DNA of 28,888 nt, taken from a virus. Its lineage: Duplodnaviria; Caudoviricetes. The stretch is from positions 1-28,888 of IMG/VR virus record IMGVR_UViG_3300006123_000043; one strand, 5' to 3'. The translations under genes were made by a program, and so were the position numbers. Under the pieces are notes generated by a model. It was given only the letters and a program-made list of their open reading frames with translations, made no database searches and was not told the DNA's origin. Of this stretch, positions 23,813 to 28,888 are shown one piece after another; the first letter of the stretch is position 1, and each line of letters opens with the position of its first letter.

Positions 23813-25953
23813 TGTTCGGAAAATCAAAAATATCTAAATCTATGATTGATGCTGTTAATTCAGTCATCGGTGAAGAACCGGTCGTAGAAAATAAAAAACC
23901 AGCTATGTTAAGTGAAGAAATCTATGATTTCAATATTGATCCACATACAGGTAAAATGAAACCAGTAAAAGATTTATTGGTATCAGGTTACGAGAGACCA
24001 GTAGGAAAGAAACAAGTTGTAATGATTGAAGAAGAACCTGAAGTTTCTCCAGAAACACTTAGAGGTATTATCTTAAAGAAAAAAGATAATAAGAAGGCGG
24101 AATTAGGCAAGTCTTCTATTGCTATGGCAACAGAATCAAAGAAAAAAATGTTAGCTGATGATGAGTTAGATGAAACAGGTTTTCATATGGCTGCTCATGC
24201 TGCTAAAAAATCTGGTGCAACACAATTTGAATTCCAAGGTAAAAAATATCCAGTTACTGCTAAGTCTCATACAGAAGAATATGAATTGGACGAAGAAGGT
24301 AATTGTGTAACTCCTATGAAAGCAAAGAATATTGCTAAGAAAGAAGTTAAAGGTCACGAAAAAGAAATGCATAAAGAAAGTATGACATTTAAAGAGCGTC
24401 TATTAGAAAAAAGTGTTTCTACAAAGCAAGCACGTACAATGGCTGCAGCTGCACATAATCCATCATTCGCAAAGAAAGTTGGTATTCCACAAGACGTTGC
24501 TAAAGACTTCAACAAGGCTGATAAAGGCACAAAGATGTTGAGTAAAGCAATGTCGGAAGAAATGGAAGAATTAGATGAAATTTCGAAAGAAAGAGCAACT
24601 GCTGCCTATGTGGCAAGAATGGGTAGAGATGATAAAGATAATGATGCCAAAGCACTTAAAACAATAACACACATTGGAAATAAACATGGTGTTAAAGGTG
24701 TTGCAAGAGCTGCTAAAGCTGCTGACAAAGAATATGGTTTAAACGATAAGAATAATCCAAGAAAAGCATTTGTTAAGCAAGTTATGTCTGGAACTAAAAA
24801 CGAAGAAGTAGAAGTAACAGAAAGCCTTAAAGATGTGGCTAAGAAGATTCTATCTAAAGTTGGTCATCCAGACGATAAAGGTATGCGTAAAGACCTACAA
24901 AAGAAAGTTGGTGTTCCACAAACTGGTGAAAAACCAATGAAGAAAGAAGAAGTTGAATATGTATATGAAGCGAACATTCAACCAACAACTGAGTCCAAAA
25001 CACATATAGGTAATTTATCACATCCGATTGTAAATTCAGTAAATCATCCTAAATCGGGAAAAGAAATCGGACTCATCACCAAACAACCAGACGGTAAGTA
25101 TCACGCTTTTCATTCAGCAGCAAAACCAGCACACGCACAAAGCGACACATTTGATAATAAGGACAAAGCACACCAGTTTGTTCGTGACGCTCATGCTAAA
25201 GCTATTAAAAGCGGTACGTTAAAGGATAAATTCTTGAAAAAGGAAGAAGTTGAAGGTGTAGAAGAAGCTATGCGTCCTGGTTTTGATTACCAAGCTGCTG
25301 CAAAAGAAGCACAACAACGCAAAGCCGCAGGTTATGAGCGTTCTGGTCCATATTCATGGAAGAAAACAAAACCAGAAGAAAAGAAAACTCAAAAAGAAGA
25401 AGCTGAGTTGGACGAAAACGCATTTACAGATTACAAGACTGATAAGAAGCCAAGTATCTTTGCACCAAAGTCTCATTCTGCTAAGAAGACCGAAAAGGGT
25501 ACAATGTACACTAAGAACTGGTCTAAGAAAGATATGGAACACAAAGATGATGAGAAAGTGAAAAAAGAAGCAGTTGATAGAGAACATGAGAAACACGTTA
25601 GAGTTGACGGTGAAACTGATATGAACACCAAGACTGTTGACGGTTTACGTGGTCGTATGAAAGTGCCTGCTGATTACCACAACAAATCTAAATCATATAA
25701 AGTTGCTTTGACTGTTGGTGAAGAAACAACACACGATGACGAAGCTGAAGATAAAGCATTAGTTAAAAAGATGGTTAAGAAAGATGCTCTAAAGAAAACT
25801 GATGAAGCCTTCAAAGGACCTGAAGCAGGTTCTGGTGTTGGTGACCATCCATTCGTTACAGCAGAAGCAAAACCATTGAAGAATGCTAGGGAATTGGCAA
25901 AGAAAACAATGAACCGTTTGAAAAATGAAATGTTGGGCAAGATTGCCAACTAA
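23812..25953 (+). CDS. Large Lys/Glu-rich modular protein, probable internal head (poly)protein
   Basis: 713 aa; basic modules separated by EE..LDE/VEE/VTE acidic linkers; GGAG RBS. Confidence 0.75.
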   Translation: MFGKSKISKSMIDAVNSVIGEEPVVENKKPAMLSEEIYDFNIDPHTGKMKPVKDLLVSGYERPVGKKQVVMIEEEPEVSPETLRGIILKKKDNKKAELGKSSIAMATESKKKMLADDELDETGFHMAAHAAKKSGATQFEFQGKKYPVTAKSHTEEYELDEEGNCVTPMKAKNIAKKEVKGHEKEMHKESMTFKERLLEKSVSTKQARTMAAAAHNPSFAKKVGIPQDVAKDFNKADKGTKMLSKAMSEEMEELDEISKERATAAYVARMGRDDKDNDAKALKTITHIGNKHGVKGVARAAKAADKEYGLNDKNNPRKAFVKQVMSGTKNEEVEVTESLKDVAKKILSKVGHPDDKGMRKDLQKKVGVPQTGEKPMKKEEVEYVYEANIQPTTESKTHIGNLSHPIVNSVNHPKSGKEIGLITKQPDGKYHAFHSAAKPAHAQSDTFDNKDKAHQFVRDAHAKAIKSGTLKDKFLKKEEVEGVEEAMRPGFDYQAAAKEAQQRKAAGYERSGPYSWKKTKPEEKKTQKEEAELDENAFTDYKTDKKPSIFAPKSHSAKKTEKGTMYTKNWSKKDMEHKDDEKVKKEAVDREHEKHVRVDGETDMNTKTVDGLRGRMKVPADYHNKSKSYKVALTVGEETTHDDEAEDKALVKKMVKKDALKKTDEAFKGPEAGSGVGDHPFVTAEAKPLKNARELAKKTMNRLKNEMLGKIAN

Positions 25954-25961
25954 GGAACAAT

Positions 25962-27506
25962 ATGACACCCAAAGCTAAAAAACTTTTGGATATTGCTAAG
26001 AGACCTACATCTGCACCACCAGAACAAAAGGTTGGTGGTACAGATCCAAACGACCAATGGTCGGCTCAAAACAAAATATCTGAATCACCTAGTCTAAACA
26101 AATATTTGTTGTCTAGAGGATTTGATCCAAAACACACTCCTAAAGATATTAAAGTTGCTCATTCTAAATCTAATCAATTTAAATTATGGCAACAACATCA
26201 TATAGGAGAAGATTTGACAACTCGCCATACTGGTACTGGAGTTGACCATAAAACTGATTTGAGCGTATCTCCAACCAAGAAGCGTTTGGATATTTTAAAA
26301 AAAGCAAAAGCACATTATAATATTCCTACTCCTCCAGGCACTTTGCGTAAAGAAGCGGTTGATGATACTACTTCAAAGTTGGACGATTATCAACATAAAC
26401 AAGCAATCAAAAGAGATTTGCCTAAACATAAAGTAACTAAAACTCCACAAGGTTCTGGTGCTCAATTGAGAGGTACAATTGAATCTGTTGAAAACTTAGA
26501 TGAGATTGATGCAGATGCAATCTTAGGTATGGCTAAAAAAATAAGTCCTACTGCAAGAATGAGACCTTCTATCGACCAGCAGAAAAAAGAACGTGATGCT
26601 AAAATGGCAGCACATATCGCAAAACATGGTGAACCAAAACCATACAGTCCACCAGGAAGAAAAGAATTTGATTTTGGTACATCAAGAGGTTATGGTCAAG
26701 GTCGTTACATGGGTGATTCTGTGGAATTAGATGGTGACCAATTAGATGAAATCTCTTTAGGTGATTACAAACAAAAGGCTCAGGCACAGACTAAAGAACT
26801 AAAGAAACACACCAAAGGTGAGTATAGTGGTATTGTAAATCGTATGTTGGACCGCCGTAAAAAGGGTTTGGCAATGGCTGGCAAGAGAGAACATAAGATT
26901 GAAACCGAATCGGATGTGACTGAAGGCTGGGCAGTAAACGGTTCAGTATTATCAGATGCTAAGAAACCTAAGTTATCTGCTTCTGAGAAGATGTCGGATT
27001 ATGCCAATAAACGTCATAAAGTTTATCAAGGTATTGCTGACAAGCAAAAAGAATTGATGAAGAAGTGGAATGATGACCATAAGGATCAACCACATCTACA
27101 AGTACCAATTCCTGAAGATGTTGGTGATGCTATGGCTGCAATCAAAGGAGTAGGGGTACCAATCTCTCTACCAGATTCACAACCAGACAGAGAACAACAA
27201 AAAGAGAGTATGGCTAAGAAAATCAAGGCCATTTATAAGAAAAAAGTGGCTGAAGACACATACGATTCTGAAAAAGATGACAAGTATGGTCAGAATCCAA
27301 CTTTTGGTAAAAAACCAGTTTTACAAACAGCTGAGAAAGGTAAACAAGCCAAAAATATTGACGGCATAAAGACCAAAGCAGCTGCCATTTTAACTGGCGG
27401 AACTACACTAACTGGACAAAAGCGTGATACAGTACAAATTGATCCAGATTTGAATAATCCACGTCCGGGACAATCAGATCCTAACGGTGACAGAAACAAT
27501 AAATAA
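25962..27506 (+). CDS. Lys/Asp/Glu-rich modular protein, probable internal head protein
   Basis: 514 aa; ESVENLDE, DSVELDGDQLDE, ESDVTE linkers; AAGGA RBS. Confidence 0.75.
   Translation: MTPKAKKLLDIAKRPTSAPPEQKVGGTDPNDQWSAQNKISESPSLNKYLLSRGFDPKHTPKDIKVAHSKSNQFKLWQQHHIGEDLTTRHTGTGVDHKTDLSVSPTKKRLDILKKAKAHYNIPTPPGTLRKEAVDDTTSKLDDYQHKQAIKRDLPKHKVTKTPQGSGAQLRGTIESVENLDEIDADAILGMAKKISPTARMRPSIDQQKKERDAKMAAHIAKHGEPKPYSPPGRKEFDFGTSRGYGQGRYMGDSVELDGDQLDEISLGDYKQKAQAQTKELKKHTKGEYSGIVNRMLDRRKKGLAMAGKREHKIETESDVTEGWAVNGSVLSDAKKPKLSASEKMSDYANKRHKVYQGIADKQKELMKKWNDDHKDQPHLQVPIPEDVGDAMAAIKGVGVPISLPDSQPDREQQKESMAKKIKAIYKKKVAEDTYDSEKDDKYGQNPTFGKKPVLQTAEKGKQAKNIDGIKTKAAAILTGGTTLTGQKRDTVQIDPDLNNPRPGQSDPNGDRNNK
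27499..27505 (+). promoter_or_regulatory. Putative late promoter ATAAATA
   Basis: ~35 nt upstream of ATG 27541, which has an AGGAG RBS. Confidence 0.55.
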
Positions 27507-27540
27507 CATATAAACACCTTATCAATAGGAGATAAACAAA

Positions 27541-28191
27541 ATGTCAACATGGTCAAATACTGACAATCACAAAGATAAACCAAAGTTCAACTATGAACGT
27601 GAAACAATGGAAACTGTACAATTACCAGTTTTTGCTGGTAATACTGCAGGTAACAACATAATTAAAGTTAGTTACAATGATGGTGGCCAAAATAACGTGG
27701 CAAACATTGGTGTTGTTGCTGGTCAATACGTTTACTTTTGGGCTCAAGGCACTTCCGCAAGTAACGGTGGTCAAGCAGGTAACGGTGTTCCTGGTTTCTT
27801 CGCATCAAATACTCAAGTTCTATCTACAAGCGGTAACACAATTACTTTGTCTACCAACTTGTTTGGTGGTGTAACTACTGCATTTACTGCTGAATTTGAT
27901 ACCGCAATCGTATATCAGACTGGTGAAAATCTATCACACTATAATGCTGATACAGTATTGTTAACACCAACACGTTTAGCTAATGCTGTGTTTGCTGGTA
28001 CTGCAAACTCATCTAGTTATAACTTGAATTCTGGTATGTCTCATGTAGGCTGGAATAAAGTTACAACATTTACTGGCGGTCGTGCTGGTCGTGTTCAGAC
28101 TGAGACTTTAGTTGCTTTGTCAAGTCCAGTAGCTTCTAACACAATCTCTGGTAATACAAGTAACTCTCTAACTTACTTCGCTGGAGTATAA
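27541..28191 (+). CDS. Probable virion structural protein (Gly/Asn/Thr-rich)
   Basis: MSTWSNTD start and HVGW...GGRAGRVQTETLVAL C-terminal motif recalled from T4-like virion proteins; own promoter, strong RBS and terminator. Confidence 0.65.
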   Translation: MSTWSNTDNHKDKPKFNYERETMETVQLPVFAGNTAGNNIIKVSYNDGGQNNVANIGVVAGQYVYFWAQGTSASNGGQAGNGVPGFFASNTQVLSTSGNTITLSTNLFGGVTTAFTAEFDTAIVYQTGENLSHYNADTVLLTPTRLANAVFAGTANSSSYNLNSGMSHVGWNKVTTFTGGRAGRVQTETLVALSSPVASNTISGNTSNSLTYFAGV

Positions 28192-28194
28192 TAC

Positions 28195-28218
28195 ATGGGG
28201 CTTCGGCCCCATTTCTTA
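28195..28218 (+). terminator. Rho-independent terminator with cUUCGg tetraloop
   Basis: ATGGGGC-TTCG-GCCCCAT followed by TTCTT; UUCG hairpins are typical of T4-like phages. Confidence 0.85.
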
Positions 28219-28220
28219 AT

Positions 28221-28607
28221 ATGTTTGATGATTTGAATGAAGATAACTTTATGATGTATGCGGCTAAGTGCTATACGTCACCTCATTGTATCCAATCGGA
28301 GTTTGAAGGTGACATAAAGCGTACTAAGTATCTTAAAAGATTATTTCGTAGATACAAAGTTACTAAGTCATTGAAAGAAAGACTGATTTTAAATCATATC
28401 ATTTTATTGAATAATGTTTTTGGACCAGAACATATGGCAAGAATATTATTCTATAAAACAGATGAACGTGATTATGATATACTTAAGACTTTCTTAAGTT
28501 ATTTGAATTTGATGCCGGAGATGATATATGGTATTAACGGAAAGAATATCAGGTCATCAGAAATACAAATAGATATGGATGTCGCAGAGATACTAAACAA
28601 TATATGA
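28221..28607 (+). CDS. Conserved T4-like hypothetical protein
   Basis: LNEDNFMMYAAKCY...KYLKRLFRRY...LKERLILNHIILLNNVFG, recalled from T4-like phages. Confidence 0.85.
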   Translation: MFDDLNEDNFMMYAAKCYTSPHCIQSEFEGDIKRTKYLKRLFRRYKVTKSLKERLILNHIILLNNVFGPEHMARILFYKTDERDYDILKTFLSYLNLMPEMIYGINGKNIRSSEIQIDMDVAEILNNI

Positions 28608-28888
28608 AAACATTTAAACAAATTAGAGAAAAAGGTAGATGCTGGACTGGATATAAACCAGTACCCGGTAAAGAACCATATTCACCTGGTAGCTGTGCAA
28701 AAGAAGAAGTTACGGAAGCTAAAGATCCGGAATATTCTGATCCATATATGGCAGTTAATCAATTAAAGACCATCATGCACAATGCACAAGAAATGATGGA
28801 CTTGATTGGTGAGAAAACAGATTTGCCTGAATGGGTTGAATCTAAAATTACATTGGCAGAAGATTACATTATGACTGTTGCCAATTAT
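28604..28888 (+). CDS. 5' part of modular probable internal head protein (partial)
   Basis: ATGA-coupled; MKTFKQIRE leader, CWTGY...C mini-module, EEVTE linker, LPEWVESKITLAEDY module; frame open to the window end. Confidence 0.75.
   Translation, partial: MKTFKQIREKGRCWTGYKPVPGKEPYSPGSCAKEEVTEAKDPEYSDPYMAVNQLKTIMHNAQEMMDLIGEKTDLPEWVESKITLAEDYIMTVANY

Noticed and set aside
23425-27874. Numerous short antisense and alternate-frame ORFs in the late region
   Set aside because: Phe/Leu/Ser-rich shadows of Lys/Glu-rich sense genes.
1-28888. CRISPR array, integrase/att site, IS element, diversity-generating retroelement
   Set aside because: No regularly spaced repeats, recombinase, transposase or reverse transcriptase seen.

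Overview
AT-rich (~35% GC by eye) segment of a large T4-like myovirus, probably infecting a Gram-negative host (inference). From left to right: a tRNA array (His, Val, Phe, 3x Leu, 2x canonical Gly and one aberrant Gly) interleaved with groES and an HNH endonuclease; a Pro/Val/Glu-repeat protein; a minus-strand PBP7-like peptidase S11 and a membrane protein; the replication core (gp43, uvsX, gp41) with inserted accessory genes; a DUF4338/Mom-like GNAT-fold protein plus a PD-(D/E)XK nuclease; a nine-gene glycosyl-/methyltransferase cassette; and, behind a perfect T4 late promoter, His-rich enzymes with capsid-targeting-like leaders and large modular Lys/Glu-rich proteins punctuated by candidate prohead-protease sites. 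Best leads: (i) a tRNA-Gly with the hallmarks of a non-ribosomal glycyl donor, possibly serving the Mom-like enzyme in DNA hypermodification; (ii) an apparently virion-packaged, protease-processed enzyme/peptide payload; (iii) an overprinted gene revealed by a codon-usage anomaly. Family assignments come from motif reading and memory, not database searches.
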